Of a stretch of 64,000 nucleotides of DNA, positions 1 to 13,200 are shown one piece after another. Position 1 is the first letter of the stretch, and every line of letters begins with the position of its first letter. The stretch is taken from positions 3,038,001-3,102,000 of the forward strand of contig BQFW01000002.1 in the NCBI GenBank assembly GCA_020891255.1, given 5' to 3'. The translations under genes were made by a program, and so were the position numbers. The notes under the pieces were generated by a model that saw only the letters and a program-made list of their open reading frames with translations, had not been told where the DNA came from and searched no databases. The stretch comes from Entomortierella parvispora E1425 (Eukaryota > Fungi > Mortierellomycota).

Positions 1-105
1 TTTTTGACCGAAGCATGTTTTCCCTCTTTGAAACAAGCTTTTCTTTGGAGCCATACCCGTCCACGTAAACTTTCCACAGTCCTGGCAAGTTATTCGTTTG
101 CACAT
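1..105 (-). CDS. Small Cys-rich protein, first exon (57-105); gene continues beyond the window start
   Basis: ATG at 105 reads MCKRITCQDCGKFTWT-G, followed by a GTATGG donor at 56. It resembles, from recall, the uncharacterised small MCxxxxCxxCxKxTWxGCGxH proteins. Too short for the ORF track. Confidence 0.65.
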   Translation of the reverse strand, partial: MCKRITCQDCGKFTWTGMAPKKSLFQRGKTCFGQK

Positions 106-1505
106 GATTACTTGTCGTTGTTGTTTGCAAGGCTGGTACAAGAGATGAGATGATGGTAATGGTGTCTTTGTTTCCAGGGGGCGACGGGAAGGGAATGAGC
201 AAATGAATGTCAACAGAGAATGATGGGTGGATGGATGGGAAGTGAAAAAAGGGTCTGTCAGCCCTTCTCAGGACCAGGAGGGTAGGTTGGGTCACTATTT
301 CCTGGCAATGTCCGAGAACGCTATTTCCGAGCAAATAAAAATCACGTGCTGGCTTTCTTTTTGGGCGATCTGATCGCCACCTCTTCATGATTTGAAAAAG
401 ATATCTGACCATGCCGGTCTTAAGAGCAAGAACACAACAGCAACAGGGTAAAGAAGAGCCTCAGACTCAGTAGCGGTGGGGAAACGGGCCCTCAAGGGAC
501 CTTGCATTGTGCGATTCTGCGGAGTCAAAAGTGTGCAGGGCAGCATGCACGACGAGTACTTTGAGAGCAACTCTTATCGTCAAGTTTCCATGGGAGACAT
601 TGTTCTAGAGCGATGCTTATGTGAAGCATCTTGTTCTTTGAGAATTGGCTGGGTGTAGGCGAGGGGTTCATTGCGGAAGGCAACAGGGTAACAGAATTCA
701 ACATCTTTGTTGCCCGGCTCTTACGACCCGTATTCCTTTTCACGCGTTCGTGGAGGTGCCCCTGATTGGGTGGGCCGTTGTTCTCAGGCAACAAACGATT
801 CGCTCTTCTTCATGGGGACTCATCCATAACAGCAATTGACAACCAAAGGTTTTGCCGGGAGTGCCCAAGTTGACAAAAGGTCCAGCCAATGAACTGGCAG
901 AATAGTGTCCTTCTTGTTGAGAAAAAGAAAAACGAGAGCCACGGGCAAAACGCGCGGACTTCACGGGAATGCATGGGGCCGTCATTTTTTTTTGTTTTTG
1001 ATCGATTTTGGCATTTTCTGTCCTCTCGCTCTACCCACTAAAAACGCAATTATTCCTAATATGGGCTCAAACGCAGATGGTGCAAACCTTTTGGTTCTTG
1101 CTGCTATCCAAGCGCTACTCAAAATGACCGTTGTCTGTCCACAGCGGACCCCGCCATGTGTATTTTATTGGCTGTCAGTGCACCCGACTCCTGTGAGGCT
1201 CTTCTTGCACACCGTTGCACACCGTACCTGGAGAGAAATACGCTCCGACTCGTATTCTCCAAGTTCTCTCCATGGGAATGGAAATCAACTGTGAGCACAA
1301 CCGTGGGCAAACAGGTGCATCAACGTGCAAAAGCAACAACGCTTTTCTTGGCTGCCTCACCCAGCATCCACTTGATTAGAGTCGGACTCCATGCTGGAAA
1401 GGGATATAAAAAGACCATCACTTCCCACCAGCCTTCTTTCTTCTCTTTTTCTCTCCCTTGTCTTCCAACCCCCTTACTCTTTTCTCCCCAACTGACCTAA
1501 TCACC

Positions 1506-4035
1506 ATGCGTTATTTGACGCTTTTGCCCGTCCTGGCTATTGCCGTGGCCGCACATGGAACCTTTGAGAAGCGTGCCCAGCCGGGCGTCCCCCAGCCTGT
1601 CCCCGTCGACCTCCGTCCTTTGACTTGGGGAGACGTGAACATCATCCAAACAACTGGTAAGAATTAGCCCGAGAACAGCCGAACCAGATCCCCGGATAAT
1701 GTTGCTGAACTCTCCATCCTCTCTTTTTATTCTCGGTAGACACTCACGGATGGTTGGAAGGGTAAATTTTTGGCTGAAACCTTGGATGACCTGAGAGGAT
1801 CTCCTGCCATTAAAGGATCACAACTCATCCTCCCCTCTCTTTTTCTTTATTTCAGTCACATCCAGGAGGCCTCCTACTCGGCCGACTTTGGTGACTTTGC
1901 TTCGTTCCTGTACCACATGCGCCAGCAGGCCGACCACCGTCGCAAGGATCTTATGGTTGTCGATTCTGGAGGTAGGGTAGAAATCGGTCTTTTCTTGGCC
2001 GGTTGATTTTGATCCAGAAACTGCTTTCGATACGTAATCTCTGACCTCGTACCGTTCTACTTTTTTTTTCTACAAACAGATTTGCATGACGGAAACGGCC
2101 TTTCGGATGCCACTCCTTTGGATGCCTCGGCCTCGAACCCTCTTTTCGAAAAGGTATGGCAATTGTATCCAGCTTACCAATTCTGGATACTGGGAGTCAT
2201 GGAGAAATGAGGCAATTGGCCATCATCCATGACCTGTGAATTATTTTGTTCATGTTATCTAACAGACTCGTCTTCACTTTTTTTTGTCTTCTGTCTGTCT
2301 TGGTCGAATAGGTCAACTGTAAGAAAGCATACCGTGCTTGGCTCATCTGCAATTGCTCTGACTGGCCTCTTGTGGTCACTCGGGATGACGCTATCACACT
2401 TCATTGAGAGCCACTGAGTTGCAACTAATCATCTCTCTCTCTCTCTTGTAATCGACCAGACGATGCGCTCTCCATTGGAAACCACGAGCTGTATTTGAAC
2501 GACGTTGCTGAGGACACGTACAAGGTACGAATCATGGTCTTTCTCATTTCACAATGCCTGCTTGACTTTTCTTATCTGACAACCTTTCTTGTTAATGTTC
2601 TCCTGATAGAACTTTGCACCCAAATGGGGCAGACGTTACTTGACCTCGAACGTCTTCATCAAGGACGCCCTCACTAACAAGACCGTCCCCATCGGCAACC
2701 TTTACAACAAGTTCCGTCTGAAGTATGGAACCAAGGTCATGAGCTACGGATTCCTCTACAACTTTGACGGTGCCGCCAACAACACTGTTATTGAGCCCTC
2801 GAGCACCACCGTCACCCTTCCTTGGTTCAAGAAGTCCCTTGAGGAGGATGTGGATATGTACTTGATTGTCGGGCACATCCCCGTTCGTTGGGCCGAGGCC
2901 AAAACCGTTGTCAAAGCTATCCGTAAAGCCCACCCCTCCAAGCCTATTATTCTCATGGGTGGTCACTTGCACGTCCGCGACTTCACCGTCTATGACCCCC
3001 GTGCTGTGGGAATGTCGGCTGGTCGTTACCTCGAGACCGTCGGTTGGATGTCGGTCGATGGTGTTCATGATAAGGCCTGCAAGGTTGAGGCCGACTGTGT
3101 TGGCAAGCACTTGAAGGTCACCCGTCGTTACCTCGACAACAACGTTTACACTTACAAGACCCACGGGTTGGCTCACCCCAAGCAGAAGTTTGATACCTGG
3201 AAAGGTCGTCAGATCACGACCGAGATCACTCAGTTGCGAAAGACCTTGAACCTCGCGGAGACTTTGGGATGTGCCCCCCAGGATTACTATTTGAGCCAAT
3301 ACGCTTACACCGACAGCCGCTCGCTCTTGAACTTGATCGCTAACGAGGTCTTGCCCGTTGCTGTCATCAATGCTACGCGCCCTAACCCTGGTTACGCTAT
3401 CGTCAACTCTGGATCTCAGCGCTTTGATCTCTTCAAGGGTCCCTTCACCTACGACGATACCTTCATTGTCAGCCCTTTCCATGATGACTTTGTCTATGTC
3501 ACCGTCCCATACAGTGTAAGTCCTTCTCTCCGTTATCAGATGGGTAGGATGACCCCAATTCTCGCTCACAGTTCATATCACTGGCCTTTATCTCCTTGAC
3601 AATTTGATTTCCGAACCAACCAAAAAAAAAAAAAAAAAAAAATAGGTCGCCAAGAATGTTCTTAGCGAGTTGAACAATGCTCCTTACCAAAAACGCGATC
3701 TCGGTGAGGAACTTACCCATGCTTCCAACGCGACCTTGACCCCCGGCTATGTCACCAAGGATGACTATGGTTACGGTGGAGATGACTGGCCTCACAGCCC
3801 CATCCCCTATGTCAACGCTCCCAACTACATTGCCTCGCCTCTGCCCACTGGTTTGGCCGACACGGATTTGGTCGATGTGATTTGGTTGTCGTTCTTCTCC
3901 GACTTGATGGACCCCATCATTAAGAAGTTGGATCCCACCCACACCTACGTGGATCAATCTTACCGCAATGACATTGATACCAACACCATGCTCTCTGCCT
4001 TTGTCAAGGCCAAGTGGAGCGGAACTACTTGCTAA
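1506..4035 (+). CDS. Secreted/vacuolar calcineurin-like metallophosphoesterase, 5'-nucleotidase family (YHR202W-like), multi-exon
   Basis: Signal peptide MRYLTLLPVLAIAVAA. Spliced motifs: IIQTT-DTHGW (intron 1657-1739), VDSG-DLHDGNGLSD, IGNHELY, ILMGGHLHVRD, and C-terminal NSGSQRFDLFKGPF. Confidence 0.88.
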
Positions 4036-4358
4036 AAAACGACTCCCAGTTTAACAAAATAAAGAAGCCCTGGCAGAGTGCCAGCATCATGCAGATGCGG
4101 ATAGGAGGAAGTGAAAGAGTTGCAGGCTATCGGAGAATATGTTCGACTCGTTAGAACGCGTGTTCACAATGCGCGTCCCAGCAGCTGTGAAACAAAACAA
4201 AAAAAAATACAGTTAGAACCACATTTAGGTTGTTGAACACGTCCATTGCAGCCACACAAAATCCACAAGTGCCGTACGAAGGACAGCGACGCTCAATTGT
4301 ACCGTACTTTTAGTATTTTTTTATTTTATTTTATTTTGTTATGACTAAGGCGGGGGAC

Positions 4359-5202
4359 CTACGGGTTCCAAAACTCATCGAGTGGTTGTTTCGGGTCTTT
4401 ACTCAAGGATTTCCTTGTGTCAGCGGTACTCGATGACGCATTCAATCCACTGTGGAGCAGCAATACACCGGCTCGTTTTTGTCTCCTCTTGTGGTATGTA
4501 TCATAGGCCTCTTTGAACGTGGGTACCCTTTTGACCACTGGTTTTTCTTGTTGGAGTATTTGCTGGAGGTATCGATCTTCTTCTTGCCAGTGTCTTGCCT
4601 GTCTTCTTCGACGGAGGATCACAATCGCGACAGTCACGAGGACCAGAGCTACCGCACTAGCCACAGAGATCAAAATGGTCTTTATAGAAGTCTTGCTGGG
4701 AGGTGAACTGTTAGACCCAGCGTCACTAGAGTCTAAACGAGGACTGTCGGGATTGGGAGATTCTTTTTCGGACAATGTTGACGGACGGAAAAGAGAGCGT
4801 TAGAGAAAAAACCACAATGAGGACATTCGGGCCATTTCAAAGAGTGTATACGATGCTGTAGCCTGTACCTGTCGCTTGAGCAATGGAAGATGTCGGCCAA
4901 GGAACAAATCTCAAACTGCTACCGCCACCGCTGCCTTCCGCAGGTCGAGGTTGTTCAGGAATCATCATGGTGGTCGAAGATGGCGGTGGGTTCACAGCTG
5001 GAAGAGCTGCAGAGCTGGTAGGATGAGTTTTTGCCGTCGTTTTCTTGCCTCCGCCTCCATTCATGGGGGCCGGGGGTGTGGTAGTGTCAATGAGTGGCCC
5101 AGGAGGACCACCGCCACCACCACCGGACAAAGACAGGCGAGCCACGTCAGCGGCCATTACTGCAGAAATCGAAAAGAAAAGCAAGGTCGAGGAGAATAGC
5201 AT
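4359..5202 (-). CDS. Type I membrane protein: signal peptide, Pro/Ser/Thr-rich ectodomain, one TM helix, basic tail
   Basis: ATG at 5202 (MLFSSTLLFFSISAVMAA). Intron 4868-4763 (GTACAG..CTAAC..AAG) joins the two track ORFs in frame (QAT-E-SPNP). TM segment ILISVASAVALVLVTVAIVIL is followed by RRRR. Confidence 0.72.
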
Positions 5203-6574
5203 GGAGGTCGGAGACCTTGACCAGGTAGGAACAAGACGTGATGATGGTATCGACCGAAGAGCAAAATCTGGACTATATACAAAAGTGTTGCCGTAGCAAG
5301 TCCCAGGGTGGCGATGGACAACTGCCTGCAGGAAGCTTAAAGCTGGTGTGGAGAGCGTGAACAGGAAGAGAGCGATGAGTCTCAAAAGACCCAGGGAGGG
5401 TCGAGAGTTTACAATTGAAGAGAGCATCATCGGGTCATTAGGTGGAAGAAGGCATCGGGTATTGGTATGAGGTCAAGAAGGGACAGAGAGAGAAAAGAGA
5501 AAAACAACACTACTTTTTTTTTCTGAAGGAAGCTGTGATTTGGTTCCTACGGGCAGTGCAGGAACCTTCGGTTCCCTGCGCATGGTCCAAGCGCCATCGT
5601 GTTCAAAACAGTTTGCCACAGTTTGCTTTTACCTCACAAGGTCAAGGACTTTCCCTTGCTTCCCTCCCTTTTGCTCTTTGCGCGGGCTTGTTCCAAGGCA
5701 GAATGCACATGGACGTTCAGTTTGGAAAAACAACCCCCATCCCTGTGTCGTCTGCACCGCCCTTTTTCTTCTGCATGAGGACGACTTTTTCTCTCGCTCG
5801 AGTTGTGAACAAATAAGCAGTCTTCATCCACAGGCACAAAGAGAGCAAGGAGGTAGATCGAAACGGTGAGCCTGAATCCCATCAAGCAAGAATGGCGTCT
5901 GTTTTACGCCCTTGTAAAAGGCCCAGGCGTTATTAGACGAGCATTCCTAGGGCGGTGAAGGGTGCCACATGTCCTGTTTTTTCTCCAAAACAAAATGCCC
6001 CGACCTGCTACGCTCTTCAATCTGTGCGGATCAGGGAAAGCAAGAAGATTGGTGGTCTATAGGCTGTTTTTGTGTCTTGATATCATCGTCAGTGCAGCCG
6101 CTTAGTGCTACTCGCTCCTCCTTCCCTTCAGCTAAACAGGCTCTTACAGCAATACCATCTTATTTCGTTGGTTTTTGCTAAAAAGAGGTTCAAATAAAAC
6201 CGTGCTTCTCTTCCCACGTCAACGTTCTGGACGCGAGTGTGTTGCCCCATGTGCGCAGTCAGTGCCCGCCCGCACTCTTGAGGATGATCAAGGTAGATCA
6301 TCCCTGGTTTACCTTCTTTCCCACCAACAGAAATTCAACACCAGCAGACGCGCCGCGCAAAGAATGGGCCGAAAATGGAGGCAAGGACAAACACGTCTGC
6401 TCCAATTTGCCACCGCAGAATAACGCGCCGCAGTGAAACTCTTGTTTTTGGTGGCAATATACTGAATTATGAAGTGGTGGCGACCTTGGTCGAGTTATTA
6501 TTATACATGTGCAGGTTTCTAAAGAATATATGCTAATCTACAGTGTGCGAGCTCCTGCAAGTCTCTGATTTTTT

Positions 6575-7882
6575 TTAAACAAGCTGGGAGTCGGGAGGGG
6601 AGGGTATGTTGGAAGAAGAGAGATCTGAGAGGGACTTTGTAAGCGCAGGAATACTGATTTCCTCTCTTCCAGGGGATCCACGCTCCAAAGTTCGGGAAGG
6701 GGATGGAGAGCGCTCCAGCATCTCTGGAGCCGTTACCAAGAACGAGGCATGGGAAGCCTCACGCTTCAGGGTTGATGGAAATCGGACTGTTGCTGGGCGA
6801 GAAAACAGATTGGTGGTGTCTCGAGGTCGCCTTGGGACAAAGCCTGACTTTTCTTGAGAGGAGGAAGAGGTGGAGGAGGAGGCAGGTTCCGAGGCTGCCG
6901 CTGTAGGCGAGAATCGGTTGGTCGTGTCTCGAGGACGTCTAGGCACAAAACGAGGCTTTTCTTCTTGCACCACGGGTGTTGCAGGGGGAGGTGTTGTAGA
7001 ACTAAAGATGGGCTTGTGTGCAAGCTGCATTGACACGTCCTCGTCCTGATCTTCACCATCATCCTCGGCAGTCTCATCGTCGCTCATAGCAGGAGACCAG
7101 GAGGAAGACAGAGAAGAAGCAGGTGGTGGCGAGTAAGAAAAGAACATCCTTTTGGCGGGCACAGGAGAGATGGACCTGAAGTTGAAAGAACGTGTGGGCG
7201 AATAGGACCCTTGGGAGCTGGGAGGTGACATGGAAAAGTTGTTTTCTTGAGAATAGTTGCTGCCACCGCCATAGAGGCGATTGAGAGACTGGGCAAAGTC
7301 CAAAACTTGAGGAGAAGAAGTCAAATCCGCGAGTTCTTGGTCGGGGTCGTCTAGACAAATAACTTCGGGGCTACTGGGCAGACTACCAGAGCTGTCGTAG
7401 ACATGTGTGCAGTTCCGGGACAAGTCAAAGCGCACGCGTTTTTCACTGTGACGAGACTCGGCGCCAGGGCTGAGTCTGATACGCTTGGCCATCTTGTCTG
7501 CTTGGATGGCAAATGTGGGTGAAACTGACCGCGTTCGGGGCAAGACAGTGTACTGAAAAACTGGGGAGGAAGATCGAGTAAGGTCGATAACACCAATGTC
7601 CGTGCGACCCTTGTGTTCCTTGTCTTCGTCATCATCATCCTGGTGGTCGTGGTCGTTGTTTTCTTGATCGTTGTCCTCTTCATCCGCATCATTTGAGTCC
7701 TGACTTGAGCTGCCAATTTGGAAGAGAGAAGGAAGAGGCGTCTGGGAGCGAGCGAGACGAGCGGTGAAGGAAGAAGTTGTGGCGGCAGTGGTGTCGTTTG
7801 AGGAGGTAGTGGCGCGTGAGGATGATGCTACTGGAAAGTTGAAGGTTGAGTCGTCGCTGCTGTTGTTGAAGAAGGATGCCAT
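6575..7882 (-). CDS. Hypothetical low-complexity Ser/Pro/acidic protein (435 aa), probably disordered
   Basis: Intronless 435-aa ORF with a true ATG after a pyrimidine-rich leader. Internal repeat FVPRRPRDTTN occurs twice. No recognisable domain. Confidence 0.7.
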   Translation of the reverse strand: MASFFNNSSDDSTFNFPVASSSRATTSSNDTTAATTSSFTARLARSQTPLPSLFQIGSSSQDSNDADEEDNDQENNDHDHQDDDDEDKEHKGRTDIGVIDLTRSSSPVFQYTVLPRTRSVSPTFAIQADKMAKRIRLSPGAESRHSEKRVRFDLSRNCTHVYDSSGSLPSSPEVICLDDPDQELADLTSSPQVLDFAQSLNRLYGGGSNYSQENNFSMSPPSSQGSYSPTRSFNFRSISPVPAKRMFFSYSPPPASSLSSSWSPAMSDDETAEDDGEDQDEDVSMQLAHKPIFSSTTPPPATPVVQEEKPRFVPRRPRDTTNRFSPTAAASEPASSSTSSSSQEKSGFVPRRPRDTTNLFSRPATVRFPSTLKREASHASFLVTAPEMLERSPSPSRTLERGSPGREEISIPALTKSLSDLSSSNIPSPPDSQLV

Positions 7883-8808
7883 TGTATGGATGCCGACCAG
7901 CCAGTGAATGAATGCGCTTTGTTTCTTTTCGCTGTTACTGGCAAGAGAGGTCTTTGGTCCAGGCGGCGTTTTGATTGTGTGTCTTGCTGGGATGAGAAGT
8001 TCTGATGGCAGTGAAGAGATGGATTGAGCGATGTAAAGGAGGTGGGAAAGGACAAAACTGAGAGAAGGTGATTTGTCTATGAATCAAAAGACGAGAGAGA
8101 AAGAAAAAGACTTTTGACAAGTAGCTGAGAAGTATGGGAATGAAGAAAGAATGGAGATGGAGCACAAGGGCCGAATGCGCCGAAGGGTTTTTATCCAGAG
8201 AGAGAGCAAGAGGCAATGAAGGGTCAATCCAGATGGACCGCCACCATCGTCAAACGAGGTGGGACGGGGTTGGGCATGCTCAGCATGCAAGGGGGGCTGT
8301 GCATGTGTGTTTTGTGTGTGCCTGACTTGCTCCTCTGAGTCTTACTCTTGTCTCACTGCCGATCGACACGTGACCGCTTCGCAGTGGCCTTGCATTTAGA
8401 GAGAGCAGTCAATAAGGAAGGGCGCTGATTCCCACCATCGCACACCCACACTCACCCCGCACACAATGTCACAATCACAAAAAAGCAGAGGATCAGAGAC
8501 AAAAAGAACGGGCGAGTCGTTGGTGTGCAATTGTTTCGTCTTTTTTTTTTTCTTTTCCTCCCTTGACGCCGTTCCTTCTCTTCTCTTCCCCTCCCTCTCT
8601 TACTTCGCTCCCTCTCCTCTCTCTCTTTCCCCCCTCTTTCTCCTCTCCTCTTCTCTTCCTTCTCCCGCCTCCCCTGTCGCTTTCTGCTCTCTGGCCAAAA
8701 CCACAACTCACCATCACCACCAGCTACCCCACCACTCACGGTCCACTTCGACTTGAGCTCTGAGCACGCCGCAACGTCTCGATCCAGCCTGCACCTGCAC
8801 CCTTCGTC

Positions 8809-11800
8809 ATGAAGTTTTCACATCAGCTGCAGTTCAACATCGTGCCCGAATGGGCCGACTACTACCTTGCGTAAGAACAGAATCAGTGTTGCCAAAAGGA
8901 AGAAAAAGAAGAAACAAAAAAACAGTTGCCAGCTGTTCCGCCTGCCACACGAAATGTCGCGGATCAGTGGTGGCCGGACATGAGCTGATCATCTTGAATC
9001 ACTCCACTCACCTGTTCAGCGACGTACCTTGTCTCTGCTCTACTCTAGCTACGACAACCTGAAAAAGATTATTTACCAGGTTGAGAAGGACCTTGTCGCC
9101 TGTGGTGCTGCCTCGAGCAATGATCTTGAATCAGGAGCGGGATCTCAGGAGCCAAATGAACGCACTGGTCTCCTCACTTCTGGTGCGCGCGCAACAGCCA
9201 AGGCAAAGGCCAACAACATGTTCCTGCCCGCCCTCGACAAGGAACTGGAGAAAATCGTCACTTTCTACTACAAGAAGGAGCGTGAGCTCTATGCCGAGGT
9301 GGAGGCTTTGTCCTCTGATGTCGAGTTTGTCGAGAACTTTGATCCCGCCGTTACCACACGCATGGCTGGCTCTGGTCATATCGTTGGGGGCCCTAAAGCT
9401 CTAGCTCACGGTAGTGTACGCAGGACTAGGACTAGGAACAACAGCCGGGCCAGTCGCGGATCGACTCTGGGTCGCTCTGGAAGCTGGCGATATGACGAAG
9501 CTCTGGCCTTGGCCAATGCGGCAGCACTCAAGACGGGTGAAGAAGTCACTAAAAGTGCAGATCACGTTCCTAACCCGGCTTCGACATTGAACGGACACGG
9601 CCCAGGATCATCCTCCGAGGCAACCGCCATCAACAACTTGGATCCACAGCACGATGAGGACGATGACGACGAAAACGATCAGGACGATGACGACGGCAAG
9701 AGCCTTTGGTTTGACCCCGAGATGGAGCAAGAGCGTATGCGCTTCCGTCACAATTGCATCGAGATGTTTGTCAACCTGTCTGAGCTTCAGGCTTATGCCA
9801 AACTCAACAACACCGGATTCTCAAAGATTTTGAAAAAATACGACAAGGTCTCTGAGAACAACACTAAGAAAGTCTACATGAACCAGGTCGTTCTGCTGGC
9901 TTACCCCTTCAAACAGGAAACCACTACGAAGCTTCAGGAGCACATTGATCGAGTTAGCGCCATCTATGCAAAAATCTTCACCAACGGCGATGACGAGGTT
10001 GCCAAGCGCTCATTGCGGATGCATCTCAAGGAGCACATGGTCTGGGAGCGCAACACCATCTGGAGAGACATGATTGGAATTGAACGCAAGAGTCAGGCTG
10101 TTGGAGTTCGCCCATCTTCCGCATTGAAAACCGGGCCCATTGTTGTTCGGACACCCTTGGGCGATATTCAACTCCCCGAGTTCTTCACACGAAATGCCCT
10201 TGTGTTGTTGGCATGCTGCGCCGTCTTTGCAGTGTTGCTAAACATTGAGCTTTTTGAGGGACCCGAGCAACAGAATTGTTTTGCCATTCTCATCTTTGCG
10301 TCACTTCTTTGGGCAACAGAGGTCAGTCCTCCCATTCCTTGCTGTTTTTGCCCGCGCAATTCTCTGTGCCCAATGCTTTGTGTCACCACGAGATCGGACG
10401 AATGAAAGTGCACTGACGAGATGTGCATGCCTTTTTTAACTTTCTGATAGGCCATGCCCCTCTTTGTCACCTCATTATTGGTTCCTCTATTGGTTGTCAT
10501 GTTACGTGTCATGCGCGACGATGACAAGGATCATACGCGCCTCGACTCGCATGCGGCTGCGAAAAAGATCTTCATGCTCATGTTCTCACCCGTGATCATG
10601 TTGTTGCTTGGAGGTTTTGCCGTGGCCGCCGCCATGAGCAAGTTCCACATTGCCAAGGCAATGGCCACTGTTGTTCTATCCAAGGCTGGAACTCGTCCTA
10701 GTGCCGTGTTGCTCGCCAACATGCTGGTCGCTACTGTGGCAAGTATGTGGATCAGTAACGTTGCCGCCCCTGTCCTTTGCTTCTCTTTGATCCAGGTAAG
10801 TTTGAATCCAGGGATTGCAATTATAGAGGATGCCTTGACTGCTCAGCACAACGCAGTAACACCTTTGTATTTCCTTTTATTTTCCAGCCGATTCTCCGAA
10901 CGCTTCCTCCAGGATCCTCATTCTCAAAGTGTCTTATTCTCGGAATTGCGCTGGCTTCGAATGTCGGCGGTATGGCCTCGCCCATCAGCTCCCCACAAAA
11001 TATTATCGCCATTGAGTACATGAAACCAGCACCCAGTTGGCTCGAGTGGTTCGTGATTGCTCTCCCAATCTGCCTCGTATGCGATCTGGCCATTTGGGCT
11101 CTGCTGCTCTGGACCTATGAGCCTTCCACTAATACCCCAACCATCAGCACCATTCGTTCGACCAAAGACCCCATCACCGGCACTCAGATCTTTGTCTGCG
11201 GCGTGACCGTTGTGACCATTATTCTCTGGTGCTTTGAACACCGTTTGGAGTGGTTGTTCGGGGATATGGGCTTGATCGCCATCATCCCTTTGTTGGCGTT
11301 CTTCGGCACCGGTATTTTAACCAAGGAAGATTTCAACAACTTTTTGTGGACAGTCATTATTCTGGCCATGGGAGGCATTGCCCTAGGCAAGGCTGTCGAA
11401 TCTTCAGGATTGCTGCACATGATCGCAGTCGAGGTGCAGCATTACGTCAAGGACATGTCTGCGTTCGCTGTCTGCTGCGTCTTTGCGTCAATGGTTCTGG
11501 TGATCGCCACGTTTATTTCGCATACCGTTGGTGCTCTTATCATTCTTCCCATCGTTGCTCAAGTCGGTGCGACATTGCCTGACCCCCATCCCCGTCTTTT
11601 GGTTATGGTACGAGAACCGAGAAAAGCGTCTGGTATAGTTGCTAATTGCTGTTGTTGCGTCCAGCTGACATTCTCCTCGTTTTATTTTCCATTTTTCTTA
11701 GTCGGCCGCTTTGATGTGCTCTGGCGCCATGGGTCTTCCAGTGTCTGGATTCCCCAACATGAACGCGATTATGATGGAAAACGACATGGGTCAACCTTAC

Positions 11801-11905
11801 TTGGCCACGTCTGACTTCATCAAAGTCGGTATTCCATCCAGTGTGGTGGCATGCATGACCATTGTCACTCTCGGATACGGGTTGATGACTCTTCTTGGAT
11901 GGTAG
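8809..11905 (+). CDS. SPX-domain low-affinity phosphate transporter, Pho87/Pho90/Pho91 family (DASS/SLC13-type permease), multi-exon
   Basis: N-terminus MKFSHQLQFNIVPEWADYYLAY (SPX). Also LNNTGFSKILKKYDK, MWISNVAAPVLC, LASNVGGMASPISSPQN and MGLPVSGFPNMNA. Confidence 0.93.
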
Positions 11906-12167
11906 TAATATGTTCTTCATGGACCCTTCTTTGGCCCTTTCTTGATTTGCTTGCTTTTGTGTTGTCTTGTTTATTTCTTGTTTCCTGCTTCGTTTTCGTC
12001 CTTTTTTTCTTTCTTTCTTCGTCAGGGCCTCTGGCTAAAAGTGTCGTATGTAGAGTTGTTTGTTAGAGGAGGTGAATCGGTTCCTCAATATCACCCTTTC
12101 ACTGTTTTATTTATCCCCCCCCCCCCCCTCTCCCCTCTCCCCTCCCATTAAAGAATATGCCCATTAT

Positions 12168-13200
12168 TTATGTGACAAAACCAGGTACAATAGTACCGGG
12201 TGTGAATGGTATTAAAAACTCGTGCTCAAGAAGGATGAAGAAAGCTGCTTGATTGACACACCTGTCGTCCTTCTCGGCCATACCTGACTGGGGGAGATCC
12301 CAGAGCACATAGACTAGGCCGCGAAGGTGGTCACTGATCTCATCGGACAGTCCAATTACACTTTCATCACATCGATAAAACGTCAACTTGTTTGTTTGGA
12401 TTAATTGTCAGTATGAGATTCGACCTTGATGCAACGATCGTTACAGTGCTGAGGTAGGATTTGGAACAGCAGCGACTTCATACACACGAAGTTTTTTTTC
12501 AACTCCCTATCATACTTTCTGAACCCTCCCCCGTTGCTTGGAGAGGTGAATTTTGGAAAGAGGATTCTGACACGCTCTTTTCTAGTTTCGCCATAGCGCT
12601 CCTCCTCTTAGTCCATGAAGCGACTACCCAAAAGGACTCCTCGAACAAGGGTGAATTGTATACAAATACGTAGAGGCATCGTTATATATCCCACGGCTCG
12701 AGAGGCTTCGCAAATGGAGCAGAACTATATTTGGATTCGAAACGGATATGGAAAGCTTCCCGTAATCTCTTATTAGAAAGTCCATGCGCAGGAGAAAGCG
12801 GTTGCGAGAGGCATCCTGGCAACGGCCATGGGCACTCTACTTTGTTGGATTGTATCGTCTCCGTCAACTTGGTACCATGCCGGTACCTATGCATCGCTCA
12901 CACTTTCTCAAGAGGCAGCCAGCAGCAGTTCTCATGGCGTTGAAGTTTACCTTGCACGCTCAAGAGGAAAGGGTCAGAAGATCACTGGCCCCTATCCCTG
13001 ACGAGGATCTTCTTAAATACTGCGACGATATCTTTAAAACAAGGCAAACACCACCCAGGCCAAGAAGAGACGATCCAGCTGATCTTTTAGACTCAAGACC
13101 ATTCTTTTTCCAGCAGCACTCTCAAAAATGAGAGATGGCAGGTAAACTGAACGAGCAATAACAATAAAGTCCAAGCGGATATCTTCAACGTTTTGGTGAT
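12168..13200 (-). pseudogene. Possible degraded gene of unknown family
   Basis: Protein-like minus-strand segments at 13034-13200, 12682-12894 and 12168-12386. The last is preceded by a CTGAC..AAG acceptor, with a GTATGA donor near 12512. An in-frame stop and mismatched splice phases prevent a clean gene model. Confidence 0.25.

Noticed and set aside
2592-3569. 325-aa minus-strand ORF (likewise 15055-15855 and others)
   Set aside because: Antisense shadows of strongly codon-biased real genes (phosphoesterase, ODC).
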